A DNA stretch of 48,705 bases from Candidatus Saccharimonadota bacterium (GCA_043741255.1 JAYUAP010000094.1:1-48705), one strand, 5' to 3'. Shown: positions 1 through 9,685, counted from the first letter of the stretch. Notes: generated by a model from the letters alone, not told the origin. Program-made: numbers and translations.

Positions 1-201
1 TAGGAAACGAACATTTTTTATTTTTAAGCCGGTTTCTTCCAACGCTTCACGCTTGGCACAATCTTCCCACGATTCATTCATTTCTAGATGTCCGCCAGGT
101 ATACTCCAAGTATCTGCGCTGTGTGAACCGCGTCTTTTGCCCATAACGAATTGACCATCTTTCCAAATAAAAACTGCTACTCCAACGCCAGGTAAATTCA
201 C
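1..201 (-). CDS. NUDIX hydrolase, partial (first 67 codons; the rest runs off the window edge)
   Basis: Not in the ORF track because it touches the edge. A minus-strand GTG at 199-201 opens VNLPGVGVAVFIWKDGQFVMGKRRGSHSADTWSIPGGHLEMNESWEDCAKREALEETGLKIKNVRFL. This contains a canonical Nudix box (GX5EX7REUXEEXGU). Confidence 0.75.
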   Translation of the reverse strand, partial: MNLPGVGVAVFIWKDGQFVMGKRRGSHSADTWSIPGGHLEMNESWEDCAKREALEETGLKIKNVRFL

Positions 202-233
202 AATTTTGATACTCTCATTGCTATTATTATAAG

Positions 234-1124
234 ATGAACGTGAAAATTGAGCCAGGAAAGTATGTTGTGGCAGTGTCGGGCGGTGTTGATTCTGTCGTAC
301 TTTTAGATTGCTTGAACAAAAACAAGAAGCTAGATTTAATAATTGCTCATTTTGACCATGGAATCAGGGAAGATTCTGTAAAAGATAGGAAATTTGTAGA
401 AGGGCTGGCAAAAAAATACGACTTGGTTTTTGAATTCGAGGGTGAGGAATTGGGAGCTGATGCCAGTGAGGAATTGGCTAGAACACGACGTTATAAATTT
501 TTAGAATCCGTTATGAAAAGTTATAAAGCCAAAGCTATTGTGACGGCCCATCACAAAGACGACGCACTAGAAACAGCAATCTTTAACTTGTTACGCGGAA
601 CTGGTAGGTCTGGACTAAGTTCATTAAAAACAACGGATAAAATTATTAGACCGCTACTACAATATAAAAAATCAGAACTTTTAGATTATGCATGTAAAAA
701 TAATCTGCAGTGGCTCGAAGACCCAACCAATAAATCATTAAAATACACTCGAAATAAAATCAGAAAATTTTTGGCAGAAGTGCCGACTGGTAAAAAGCAA
801 AAATTAGAAGAAATAATTGGCAAAAACACAGCTCGTAACTTAGAAATGGATACACTGATACAAGGAATTTTTAATCATGGCTATGATAGCCGAAGCCATA
901 GCTTTGATAGGACGTTTTATATATCTCTGCCACATAAAATCGCTAGTGAATTGGTTGTCTTTTGGTTAAAAAAGCTGGGTAGCAAATACGATAAAAAACT
1001 GGTAGAAAAACTAGTAAATAATCTAAAAGTTCTGCCAAACGGCGCAAAGACTGACGTCGATAAAAACCATTATTTTGAGCTTAGTGCCAAACAGATTAGC
1101 ATGAGGAGGCGAACGCCTGTATAA
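234..1124 (+). CDS. tilS: tRNA(Ile)-lysidine synthetase, short form
   Basis: N-terminal PP-loop motif VAVSGGVDS. Typical TilS core (HFDHG, TAHHKDD, LLRGTG). Sits directly upstream of ftsH, the usual synteny. Confidence 0.85.
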   Translation: MNVKIEPGKYVVAVSGGVDSVVLLDCLNKNKKLDLIIAHFDHGIREDSVKDRKFVEGLAKKYDLVFEFEGEELGADASEELARTRRYKFLESVMKSYKAKAIVTAHHKDDALETAIFNLLRGTGRSGLSSLKTTDKIIRPLLQYKKSELLDYACKNNLQWLEDPTNKSLKYTRNKIRKFLAEVPTGKKQKLEEIIGKNTARNLEMDTLIQGIFNHGYDSRSHSFDRTFYISLPHKIASELVVFWLKKLGSKYDKKLVEKLVNNLKVLPNGAKTDVDKNHYFELSAKQISMRRRTPV

Positions 1125-1192
1125 TATTTTAGTATTGGTTTGTTAAGCCAAAGAGATGAACTAACTTTTGGGAGTGTGAGTAATAATATTTT

Positions 1193-3073
1193 ATGGATAA
1201 GAAGCAGTTTAAATTAAGCAAGAAACCAACCGACAAAAAAGCTAAGCCGGGCCAAAAAGCCTGGAAAAATTTTGGTTTTGTTATTTTGTTAGTAATTTTT
1301 GGTTTTGTTATTTTTGCATCAGCAGGAAATCATGAAACTCTAAAAACCGTTCCGTTATCTGATGTAGTAAGAAGAGCCAATAATGGCGAAATTAAGAAAC
1401 TATTAATTCAAGGTAGTGAAATAAAAGTTACCAAACAGGGTGAAGACAAGCCGAGCGAGAAAACACGTAAAGAAGCCAGCTCTAGTATTTATGAACAGGG
1501 CCTAAATAAGGACACAAAAGCCGAAGTAAGCAGTGAAAAAGAGTCAAATAGTGGCAATATTTTAACCACCTTACTTGTAACTGTACTGCCTGTAATCATT
1601 ATCGTGGCCGTATTGCTGTATATGATGAAAAGTGCCCAAGGGCAGGGCAACCAAGCGTTAAGCTTTGGTAAAAGTCGGGCGCGTTTATACGGGAACCAAA
1701 AGGACAAAGTATCATTTAAAGATATTGCTGGAAGTAACGAGGCCAAGCAAGACCTAGAAGAAGTTGTAGAATTTCTTAAATTCCCTAAAAAGTTTGAAGA
1801 AGTTGGCGCGCGGATTCCTAAAGGAGTGTTGCTGATTGGCCCTCCAGGTACTGGTAAAACCATGCTGGCTCGTGCGACGGCCGGTGAAGCAAATGCACCA
1901 TTCTTTAGTATTTCTGGTTCAGAATTTGTTGAAATGTTTGTTGGTGTTGGTGCTTCTAGAGTGCGTGATTTGTTTGCTAAGGCCAAGAAAAACTCGCCAT
2001 GCATAATCTTTATAGATGAGATTGACGCTGTTGGACGCCGGCGTGGTTCTGGAATGGGCGGTGGCCATGATGAGCGCGAACAAACGCTGAACCAGATTTT
2101 AGTGGAGATGGATGGATTTGAACAAGGTGAAAATGTGATTGTACTAGCTGCTACTAACCGTGCTGACGTGTTAGACCCGGCGCTTTTGCGACCAGGCCGT
2201 TTTGACCGCCGGGTAAACATCGCTTTACCAGACCGCAAAGACCGCGAAGCAATCCTAAAAGTACATTTTGCCAAAAAACCGTTAGAAAAATCTGTAGACA
2301 TAGATGCTTTGGCGGCTAAAACTGCTGGTAGCTCTGGTGCTGACCTAGCTAACATTGCTAATGAGTCTGCAATTTTAGCCGCCCGTAAGAATCAAAAAAC
2401 TATTACTAATAAAGTTGTCACAGAAGCGTTTGAAAAAGTCGCCATCGGTCCAGAGCGTAAAAGCTCTATTATGAGCGAGAAAGAAAAAGAGCTGACGGCA
2501 TACCACGAAGCCGGGCATGCGTTAGTTGGGCATATCCTTCCTGAAAGTGATTTAGTACACAAGGTTACTATTATCCCACGTGGCGGTACTGGCGGTGTGA
2601 CATGGTTTATCCCACCAGAAGACAAGAGCTACCACAGCATTTTAGAATATAAAGACGTGTTAGGTAGAATGCTAGGCGGAAGAATCGCCGAAGAAGTAGT
2701 CTATGGTAAAGATAAAGTAACAACCGGTGCTGGCTCAGATTTGCAAAAAGCCGCTGAACTTGCTCGTGACATGGTGGTTAGTCAAGGAATGGGCAAAAAA
2801 CTTCGTGACCAAGTTTTTCGTGTAGAATCTGGGCTGATGTTTGACCGTATGACTCACGAGAAACAATATTCTGAGGAAACAGCTAAAATTATCGATGAAG
2901 AGATTGAAGCACTCGTTACTGAAGCTGCCAACCGTGCCCGTGAAGTAATCAAGGCCAATCTTAGCTATCTGGAAAAGTTAAAAGACGCACTACTAGTATC
3001 CGAGACTGTAGAAGCTGGGGACGTTATCAAAATTTTTGAAGGTACGCATCTTCCGAAATCCGCAACTCTTTAG
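1193..3073 (+). CDS. ftsH: ATP-dependent zinc metalloprotease FtsH
   Basis: Walker A GPPGTGKT, Walker B IIFIDEID, the second region of homology, zinc motif HEAGHA, and two N-terminal TM segments. Confidence 0.97.
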   Translation: MDKKQFKLSKKPTDKKAKPGQKAWKNFGFVILLVIFGFVIFASAGNHETLKTVPLSDVVRRANNGEIKKLLIQGSEIKVTKQGEDKPSEKTRKEASSSIYEQGLNKDTKAEVSSEKESNSGNILTTLLVTVLPVIIIVAVLLYMMKSAQGQGNQALSFGKSRARLYGNQKDKVSFKDIAGSNEAKQDLEEVVEFLKFPKKFEEVGARIPKGVLLIGPPGTGKTMLARATAGEANAPFFSISGSEFVEMFVGVGASRVRDLFAKAKKNSPCIIFIDEIDAVGRRRGSGMGGGHDEREQTLNQILVEMDGFEQGENVIVLAATNRADVLDPALLRPGRFDRRVNIALPDRKDREAILKVHFAKKPLEKSVDIDALAAKTAGSSGADLANIANESAILAARKNQKTITNKVVTEAFEKVAIGPERKSSIMSEKEKELTAYHEAGHALVGHILPESDLVHKVTIIPRGGTGGVTWFIPPEDKSYHSILEYKDVLGRMLGGRIAEEVVYGKDKVTTGAGSDLQKAAELARDMVVSQGMGKKLRDQVFRVESGLMFDRMTHEKQYSEETAKIIDEEIEALVTEAANRAREVIKANLSYLEKLKDALLVSETVEAGDVIKIFEGTHLPKSATL

Positions 3074-3126
3074 AATTTACTACTGTCAATAATCTGTTAT
3101 CAGGCATATAATATACTCCAGATAAT

Positions 3127-4749
3127 ATGCCCAAAAATAATAATTTTAGTTTAACAAAGCATTCCAAAAGGCTTTTCACACGTGCTAATAAGCGCATAAG
3201 TTTGAGTAATGCTGCCGCTCTTTTGATTACAGCATCGGCACTCGGCCAACTACTTGGGTTCCTTAGAACTAAGCTAGTTAACGCCAACTTTGACGCTATT
3301 GGTCCGCAGAGTACTGACGCTTATTTTGCGGCCTTTAAGATACCGGATTTATTCTTCTTTACACTGGCTGCCGGTGCACTAGGTGTAGCCTTCATGCCGT
3401 TTTTGGCTGAACACCTGAATCGGGGTGACAAAAAAGGCATCTGGGAACTAAGTAGCAGTCTTATGAATCTTTTGGCCATTGTCATGGCTGTAATTGGCGT
3501 GATTATTTTTGTCTTTGCCGAGCCGTTACTTAACCATGTAGTAGCGCCTAATTTAAGTCCCGAGCAAATGCATAACGCCTCTACGATAATGCGCCTTATT
3601 GCCTTTAACCCGCTGTTATTCACGTTGTCGGGAATCTTTAGTAGTGTCCAGCAAACCTTCGGCCGATTCTTTTTTTATGCTATAGCACCACTTTTTTATA
3701 ACGCCACAATCATAGTTAGCATTTATGTTTTTAAGGAAGATTTAGGATTGATAGGTTTGGGTGTTGGGGCACTGATTGGTGCCTTACTACAACTAATGAT
3801 ATCTATCCTTGGGTTTATCGGAATTCGCTTTAAATACAAGGCTAAAATAGAATGGAAAAGTCATGACTTTAAACAAATTCTTCGTCAGCTTCCACCTAGG
3901 TCTATTGACCAAGGAATTGATTCTATTAACAGCGTCGTCGAGACTAACTTTGCCCGGCGTCTGGGTGACGGAAAGCTAAGTTTTTATGAAAACGCATATA
4001 CTCTGCAAAGTGCTCCAACTTTGCTTATCGGTACGACTATTTCTACGGCCGCCTTTCCTAGACTTACTGACAGATTAGCTCAAGGTCGGCATGATTTGTT
4101 CCGCAAAGAATTTTTGCAAATTTTACGAGCCATGATTTGGATTATTATGCCAATTGTAGTGGTTTGTTATTTCCTGAGAGGTTATTTAGCTCGTTTAATC
4201 TTTGCTAATGATGCTCCACAAATTGCACTAATCTTTGGGTTTTTTGCTGGTGCGATTATTTTTAGAACAATTTATTCGCTGGTATCACGTTGGTTTTATG
4301 CGCAAAAAGACAGCCACACACCACTTTATGTGTCAATCTTTGCTATAGCACTTAACGTTTATTTGGCTTATATACTGTCCCGTCCCTCGGCTTATGATGT
4401 AGCTGGACTGGCTATGGCTCAGTCGTTGGTGGCCGTTGTTGAGGTTGCGATATTATTTGTAATAATGCTTTTCCGCGACCGTAAATTAATAAATCGCGAG
4501 TTTTGGGATGGAATCTTTAGGATTTTATCAGTCACTGGTTTTGCAGTAATTACTGCATATATTATGTTGTCTATTTACCCATTAACTAGTGGAGATAAAG
4601 GTTTCTTTGTTTTGGGTGGTAAACTGTTGGCGATTGTCGTGCCAACCTTTGCAGTTTATATAGTTATGTCGCTAGTTTTTGGACTAGAAGAAGCCAAGCC
4701 AATACTGCGCAAAGTAAAAAACATCATTCTAAAACCCGTTAGACTATAG
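3127..4749 (+). CDS. murJ: lipid II flippase MurJ/MviN family
   Basis: 540-aa polytopic membrane protein. N-terminal signature (SRxLGFLR-like QLLGFLRTKLV, AYFAAFKIPD) is typical of MurJ. Confidence 0.88.
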   Translation: MPKNNNFSLTKHSKRLFTRANKRISLSNAAALLITASALGQLLGFLRTKLVNANFDAIGPQSTDAYFAAFKIPDLFFFTLAAGALGVAFMPFLAEHLNRGDKKGIWELSSSLMNLLAIVMAVIGVIIFVFAEPLLNHVVAPNLSPEQMHNASTIMRLIAFNPLLFTLSGIFSSVQQTFGRFFFYAIAPLFYNATIIVSIYVFKEDLGLIGLGVGALIGALLQLMISILGFIGIRFKYKAKIEWKSHDFKQILRQLPPRSIDQGIDSINSVVETNFARRLGDGKLSFYENAYTLQSAPTLLIGTTISTAAFPRLTDRLAQGRHDLFRKEFLQILRAMIWIIMPIVVVCYFLRGYLARLIFANDAPQIALIFGFFAGAIIFRTIYSLVSRWFYAQKDSHTPLYVSIFAIALNVYLAYILSRPSAYDVAGLAMAQSLVAVVEVAILFVIMLFRDRKLINREFWDGIFRILSVTGFAVITAYIMLSIYPLTSGDKGFFVLGGKLLAIVVPTFAVYIVMSLVFGLEEAKPILRKVKNIILKPVRL

Positions 4750-4754
4750 GTGTT

Positions 4755-4856
4755 GAACCACCGTAACTTTCTCTCTCTCCAGAGCACTTTGGTTTTAAAA
4801 AATATAAAAACCGGCGCTCGCTCGGGCTCTTGCGGTCGAGAAAGTGGCAGTGGTTC
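4755..4856. repeat. long-hairpin intergenic element, copy 1 (structured RNA or REP-like element)
   Basis: 19-bp outer stem (GAACCACCGTAACTTTCTC / GAGAAAGTGGCAGTGGTTC, 17 of 19 positions paired including one G-U) around a core shared with 46025-46120. The shared core includes a 38-nt identical run, AAAAAATATAAAAACCGGCGCTCGCTCGGGCTCTTGCG. Starts 5 nt after the murJ stop. Confidence 0.6.
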
Positions 4857-4923
4857 TAGCCTGTTGTTATCTGTTAGACTATATAAAGAAATCCATCTTG
4901 TTTTGGGTTGAAAGGAAGTTACG

Positions 4924-6702
4924 GTGAGCAGTTCGATACGAAATTTTTGCATTATTGCGCACATAGACCATGGGAAAAGTACCCTTGCTGACCGGTTATT
5001 AGAATTGACCGGAACCGTACAGAAACGAGATATGAAGGCTCAACATTTGGACAAAATGGACCTAGAGCGTGAAAAGGGGATAACTATAAAGCTGGCGCCA
5101 GTGCGTATGCAGTATAAGGGTTATGAATTAAATCTGATTGATACGCCGGGTCACGTTGATTTTAGCTATGAAGTGTCACGAAGCCTCGAAGCCTGCGAGG
5201 GAGCAATCTTGATCGTTGATGCTAGCCAAGGGATTCAGGCGCAGACTTTGGCCAACGTATATTTGGCTATAGGAGCTGATTTAAAAATTATTCCGGTCCT
5301 AAATAAAATTGATTTACCGGCTGCTGATGTGCCTAAAGTTACCAAGGAAGTTATTGGATTACTCGGCTGTGAAGAATCAGAAATCTTGCATATTAGTGCC
5401 AAAACAGGCGAGGGCGTGGCTAGTGTTTTGGACGCAGTAATCGAGCGGATTGACGGCCCTAAGAGTGATGAACCAGAGCAAACCCGTGCACTAATTTTCG
5501 ACAGTTATTATGATGATTATCGTGGTGTAGTGCTTTATGTCCGTGTTTTTGACGGCTCAATAAAGCGTAATCAATCTATCAAAATGTTCGCTACATCGGC
5601 AGAAGGTTTGGCGCTGGAAGTAGGACATCTCGGCCCAGAAATGAAGCCAGACCTCAGTCTAAATAGTGGAGAAATTGGCTACCTAGTAACTAACCTGCGA
5701 ACAACACGTGACGCCAAAGTTGGTGATACAGTTACTCTCAGCTCTAACCCTGCAAAGTCTGCTTTACCTGGTTATAAAGACGTAAAACCCTTTGTTTACG
5801 CCGGTTTTTTCCCAGAAAGTAATGAATTTTATCAGGAATTAAAAGATGCCATAGAAAAACTTAGTCTTAGTGACTCAGCACTGCAATACGAATTAGAAAA
5901 TTCACCAGTATTGGGTTTTGGTGTGCGGATTGGTTTCCTAGGTCTACTGCATATGGACATTGTGCGTGAACGCCTAGAAAGGGAGTATGATTTAGAACTA
6001 ATTGTTACCAATCCCAGCACCGACTATCAGGTTCAATTACTTACTGGTGAACAACTCGATATTAAAAGTGCTGCAGATTTGCCTGATGCATCAAAAATAC
6101 TGGAGATTGCTGAGCCATGGATTAAGGGTGAAATTGTCGTGCCTAAAATTTACGTTGGTGTCGTTATCCAGCTAATATCCAATAAGCGTGGTATCCATAA
6201 AAACCTGAGTTATGTAGATGATCAGCTTGCTCTAGTGTCTTTTGATGCGCCCTTAGCTAACTTGTTGACCGACTTTTATGACCAGTTAAAAAGCGTAACT
6301 AGTGGCTACGGAAGCTTTAATTACGAACTAGACAATTACCGCGTTGAAAGCCTAGTCAGACTAGACTTTTATGTTGCCGGAGAAATAGTTAACGCGTTAA
6401 GTATTATGGTGCACAAGTCAGAAGCAGAAGGTTTAGGCAGAGAAATTGTCGGAAAGCTAAAAGAAGTAATTCCTAGGCAGAACTTCCAGATTGCCCTGCA
6501 GGCGGCGATTGGTAGCAGATTTATTGCCCGCGAAGACGTAAAAGCTTACCGCAAAGACGTTACGGCCAAGCTATATGGTGGTGATGTATCTCGGCGTAAA
6601 AAACTTTTAGCCAAGCAAAAGAAAGGTAAGGCTAAGGCCAAACGCTTTGGCAACGTTGATATTCCGGCAGAAGCATTTACAGTATTACTAAAAAGAGATT
6701 AG
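4924..6702 (+). CDS. lepA: elongation factor 4 (LepA)
   Basis: GTG start. G1 motif AHIDHGKST, DTPGH, NKID, and the LepA-specific C-terminal domain. Confidence 0.97.
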   Translation: MSSSIRNFCIIAHIDHGKSTLADRLLELTGTVQKRDMKAQHLDKMDLEREKGITIKLAPVRMQYKGYELNLIDTPGHVDFSYEVSRSLEACEGAILIVDASQGIQAQTLANVYLAIGADLKIIPVLNKIDLPAADVPKVTKEVIGLLGCEESEILHISAKTGEGVASVLDAVIERIDGPKSDEPEQTRALIFDSYYDDYRGVVLYVRVFDGSIKRNQSIKMFATSAEGLALEVGHLGPEMKPDLSLNSGEIGYLVTNLRTTRDAKVGDTVTLSSNPAKSALPGYKDVKPFVYAGFFPESNEFYQELKDAIEKLSLSDSALQYELENSPVLGFGVRIGFLGLLHMDIVRERLEREYDLELIVTNPSTDYQVQLLTGEQLDIKSAADLPDASKILEIAEPWIKGEIVVPKIYVGVVIQLISNKRGIHKNLSYVDDQLALVSFDAPLANLLTDFYDQLKSVTSGYGSFNYELDNYRVESLVRLDFYVAGEIVNALSIMVHKSEAEGLGREIVGKLKEVIPRQNFQIALQAAIGSRFIAREDVKAYRKDVTAKLYGGDVSRRKKLLAKQKKGKAKAKRFGNVDIPAEAFTVLLKRD

Positions 6703-6715
6703 AATTAGGATAAGC

Positions 6716-7435
6716 ATGAGTAAATTGCGATTACTAAATCTAGAAGAAGTAGAAGAATACGGCCTGCAAATTGAGAGCTATCATCCTAATGGACAAATAG
6801 TCTATGATTTTGCACTCAGTAATTTTGCAGTAATTGCCGGCCCGACAGGTGCTGGCAAAGATACTCTTCGTAATGGACTTTTGCAGGATACGGCTTTTGT
6901 AAAAATACTTTCAACTACATCTAGGCCACCTCGTCCCGGAGAGGAAGAGGGTGTTCAATACCATTTTCGTCCACTAGATTTTTTTGATGAAGGTATCGAG
7001 GACCGAAGATTTTTACAGATTGCACTAGTCCATAAACAGCAATTATCTTGTCTGGATTTCCGCGACTTAATGGAGTTGAGTATGGGGCAGATTGGCCTAG
7101 CTATTTTAGTAGTCCAAACAGAAATAGGTCTGCGCAAACTCAACCCAGACCTCAAAACAATTTTTTTGGTCCCACCTAGTTTGAGCGAGCTGTTAACCAG
7201 GATGAAAAAAGATAGGTTGGTTGCTGACGACGAACTAGCTCATAGGGTTGAAGCTGTAAGTAGCGAAATACAAGTTGCATTGAAACAACCATCCTACTAC
7301 TGCATTGTTAATGACCAAATTGAAAGAGCCAAAAATTTGGCCAGCCAATTCTTGAAATCTAGCCAAATAGATAAAGACGAAGATGCAAGAGCCCGCGAAG
7401 TTATGAAACAAATATTATTAGAACTAGGACAATAA
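6716..7435 (+). CDS. guanylate kinase-like nucleoside monophosphate kinase (paralog 1)
   Basis: P-loop GPTGAGKDT and a Gmk-like substrate motif STTSRPPRPGEEEGVQYHF. Longer and more divergent than canonical Gmk. Confidence 0.65.
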   Translation: MSKLRLLNLEEVEEYGLQIESYHPNGQIVYDFALSNFAVIAGPTGAGKDTLRNGLLQDTAFVKILSTTSRPPRPGEEEGVQYHFRPLDFFDEGIEDRRFLQIALVHKQQLSCLDFRDLMELSMGQIGLAILVVQTEIGLRKLNPDLKTIFLVPPSLSELLTRMKKDRLVADDELAHRVEAVSSEIQVALKQPSYYCIVNDQIERAKNLASQFLKSSQIDKDEDARAREVMKQILLELGQ

Positions 7436-7447
7436 GTAGGAGTATAG

Positions 7448-7708
7448 ATGAGTACCAAAAACCTAATATCATTTACCCAAGCCGAAGAAAAAGTTATTGA
7501 AAAAGTTATTGAAAAGCGTTTGCTAGCCCAGAGAAAGTTCCCACTACTTATTACACTGTCGGCGACTTTTGGTTTAATCTCAGTATTTTATGGGTTTGAA
7601 AAAATAATAGACCGTGTAGATTTGTTCGTAAATCACCCTTGGATATTGCTGATAATTGGACTGGCTCTACTAGGAATTACTGGCAAAGTCTACCAAAAAC
7701 TAGACTAG
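7448..7708 (+). CDS. small membrane protein (hypothetical, 2 predicted TM)
   Basis: 86-aa ORF with two hydrophobic segments. Tightly packed between neighbouring genes. No recognisable family. Confidence 0.4.
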   Translation: MSTKNLISFTQAEEKVIEKVIEKRLLAQRKFPLLITLSATFGLISVFYGFEKIIDRVDLFVNHPWILLIIGLALLGITGKVYQKLD

Positions 7709-8173
7709 CTATACTAGACGTCCCTGAAGAACCTTTAAATCTAGAATTATGTCTCCGGCATGGTTAGTGGGGTTAACTTTAGGATGAGTTTTTACAATAT
7801 TACCGGTAGGGTCAATTATGTGAGTCATCCGCTGGATACCCATATATTTTTTACCAAACATACTTTTTTCTTGCCATGCACCATAGGCATTTATGATGTC
7901 GGTCGACTCATCGCTAAGCAATATAAAGTTTAAGTCATGTTTATCTGCAAATTTTCTATGAGATTTTACCGAGTCTTTGCTAACACCTATAACAATCGCA
8001 TTACCAAGTTCTGATATCAAACTTTCTGCATCCCGGAAGGCGCAGGCTTCTGCACTGCAGCCGGGTGTGTCATCTTTTGGGTAAAAATATAATACTACCC
8101 ACTTGCCGGCAAATTCTTTTAGTGTTCTGGTTTTGCCATTTTGGTCTGGCAAGGAAAAATTTGGTGCTTTCAT
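7709..8173 (-). CDS. bcp: thioredoxin-dependent peroxiredoxin Bcp
   Basis: AhpC/TSA fold with the peroxidatic/resolving pair in PKDDTPGCSAEAC (CxxxxC, as in Bcp/PrxQ). Confidence 0.9.
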   Translation of the reverse strand: MKAPNFSLPDQNGKTRTLKEFAGKWVVLYFYPKDDTPGCSAEACAFRDAESLISELGNAIVIGVSKDSVKSHRKFADKHDLNFILLSDESTDIINAYGAWQEKSMFGKKYMGIQRMTHIIDPTGNIVKTHPKVNPTNHAGDIILDLKVLQGRLV

Positions 8174-8209
8174 CGGTATTAGTCTAGCAGATTATGTTAT
8201 AGTTTTTTA

Positions 8210-8926
8210 ATGAACTCTTTAGAACAAAAAGTTTATCAGTATAAACCCCCTGCTACAGTTCAGTCTGTTTTAAGCGGTACAAAAACAGTGTTTTTAGTTG
8301 GTACTGCTGGTGCAGGTAAAGATACTGTTATGCAAAAACTCCTAAGCAATTCAAATTATCATTTTATCATTTCTCATACAACAAGGGCTCCTCGTGAAAA
8401 CCATGGAGTCATAGAAGTTGATGGCGAAGACTATCATTTTATTGACTTAGCTATAGCTGAAAAAATGATAGATAACCAAGAATTTGTTGAAGTTAAATAT
8501 GTTCACGGTAACGTATATGGAACTAGTTTGGCAGGCTTAGAATTGGCACATAAAAACGGCAGTATTGCTATATCGGATATTGAAGTTCAAGGAGTGGCAG
8601 AATACAGAGCATTATCTAGTGAAGTAATGCCAATATTTTTATTACCACCAGATTTTGAAACTTGGATAAAGCGGTTAAAACAGAGATACATTGGTAATAT
8701 TGATGAAAATGAGCTGATAAAAAGACTCAATACTGCCAAACAAGAACTATTGGAAGCTTTAGAAAAACCGTATTTTGAATATGTAATTAATAAAGATTTA
8801 GATACTACAGTAAGAATTGTTGATGAGATTGCCCACGGGAGTAAATCGTCAGCCAAGAATGAACAAGCCAAAACTATTGCCAAAAGTTTGTTAAAAGACC
8901 TAGAACAGTATCTAGCTAAAAACTAG
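8210..8926 (+). CDS. guanylate kinase-like nucleoside monophosphate kinase (paralog 2)
   Basis: P-loop GTAGAGKDT and SHTTRAPRENHGVIEVDGEDYHF. Same family as 6716-7435 but highly diverged from it. Confidence 0.65.
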   Translation: MNSLEQKVYQYKPPATVQSVLSGTKTVFLVGTAGAGKDTVMQKLLSNSNYHFIISHTTRAPRENHGVIEVDGEDYHFIDLAIAEKMIDNQEFVEVKYVHGNVYGTSLAGLELAHKNGSIAISDIEVQGVAEYRALSSEVMPIFLLPPDFETWIKRLKQRYIGNIDENELIKRLNTAKQELLEALEKPYFEYVINKDLDTTVRIVDEIAHGSKSSAKNEQAKTIAKSLLKDLEQYLAKN

Positions 8927-8932
8927 TCGATT

Positions 8933-8959
8933 TTAGCAGTCTTTACATTAGAGTGCTAG
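8933..8959. promoter_or_regulatory. CIRCE operator (HrcA binding site) overlapping the hrcA promoter
   Basis: TTAGCAGTC-N9-GAGTGCTAG versus the consensus TTAGCACTC-N9-GAGTGCTAA. A -35 TTTACA (8942-8947) lies in the CIRCE spacer, followed by a 17-nt spacer and a -10 TATAAT (8965-8970). Confidence 0.85.
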
Positions 8960-8980
8960 AATATTATAATTATAGGTATT

Positions 8981-9685
8981 ATGACGGAGCGTCAAAGCCT
9001 TATATTAAGAGCAGTTATAGAGCAGTACGCAGAAGTTGCCGTGCCTGTTGGAAGTAGTTTGTTGGCTAAATTATTCAATGTTAGCTCGGCTACAATCCGT
9101 GCCGAAATGGCAGAACTGGAACGACTGGGTTTTATCGCACAGCCACATACTAGTGCTGGACGGGTACCTACAGACAGAGGTTACAGATTTTATGTTAACC
9201 AAGTAGCTGAAGTTAGCAATCCTGCTATAGACCGTCGTTCACAACGTGCCTTGTCTGCAAGAGTAGAAGGTGGTGCTATGCCAGAGCGAACTATCAGAAA
9301 CGCAGTCGATACGTTGGTAGAACTTACTCACAATCTAGGCATTGCCACAATTGGCAATCAGCTTTACATGTCAGGACTAACAAATCTTTTTGCTAATCCT
9401 GAGTTTGCCGGCGGTGAGCATATTAAAGAAGTTGCTAAATTACTAGATAATCTAGAGCCCTGGCTTCATGAGGCTGCGCCAAATGAACCGTTGAGTGTCT
9501 ATATCGGTGCCGAAAATCCGATAGGGCGTGATAGTGGCTGTAGCCTGATAATTAGCAAATTCCGCAGTCCATATAGTGACAAAAGTTATGTTGGTGTGCT
9601 TGGACCAACCCGCCAAAGCTATGGCTCGGTTATGAACTTGGTCCAAAGAACTGGCCAAACGTTGGAGAGGGCCCTCTATGAATAA
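8981..9685 (+). CDS. hrcA: heat-inducible transcription repressor HrcA (short, 234 aa)
   Basis: N-terminal wHTH (ERQSLILRAVIEQY..PVGS..L....VSSATIR.EM..LE..G) and the C-terminal signature GVLGPTRQSYGSVMNLV. About 100 aa shorter than typical HrcA. Confidence 0.9.
   Translation: MTERQSLILRAVIEQYAEVAVPVGSSLLAKLFNVSSATIRAEMAELERLGFIAQPHTSAGRVPTDRGYRFYVNQVAEVSNPAIDRRSQRALSARVEGGAMPERTIRNAVDTLVELTHNLGIATIGNQLYMSGLTNLFANPEFAGGEHIKEVAKLLDNLEPWLHEAAPNEPLSVYIGAENPIGRDSGCSLIISKFRSPYSDKSYVGVLGPTRQSYGSVMNLVQRTGQTLERALYE

Noticed and set aside
1489-2355. 288-aa minus-strand ORF inside ftsH (also 2392-2625).
   Set aside because: It is fully antisense to a very well supported ftsH frame. The composition is low-complexity and S/A/P/R-rich, typical of shadow ORFs, and there is no motif.
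4755-4856. Assignment of the long-hairpin element to SRP (4.5S) RNA, 6S RNA, tmRNA or a known riboswitch.
   Set aside because: It lacks the SRP domain IV motifs (GGAA tetraloop, conserved AGCA/GNAR loops). It is too short for 6S RNA or tmRNA and has no tRNA-like ends. Its apical region is a plain A/T-rich loop. A formal Rfam scan is still needed.
4656-4964. Minus-strand ORFs 4656-4964 and 45980-46165, which share QEPERAPVFIFFK.
   Set aside because: The shared peptide arises from reading through the two copies of the hairpin element. There is no common start or SD, and the conservation ends at the element borders.
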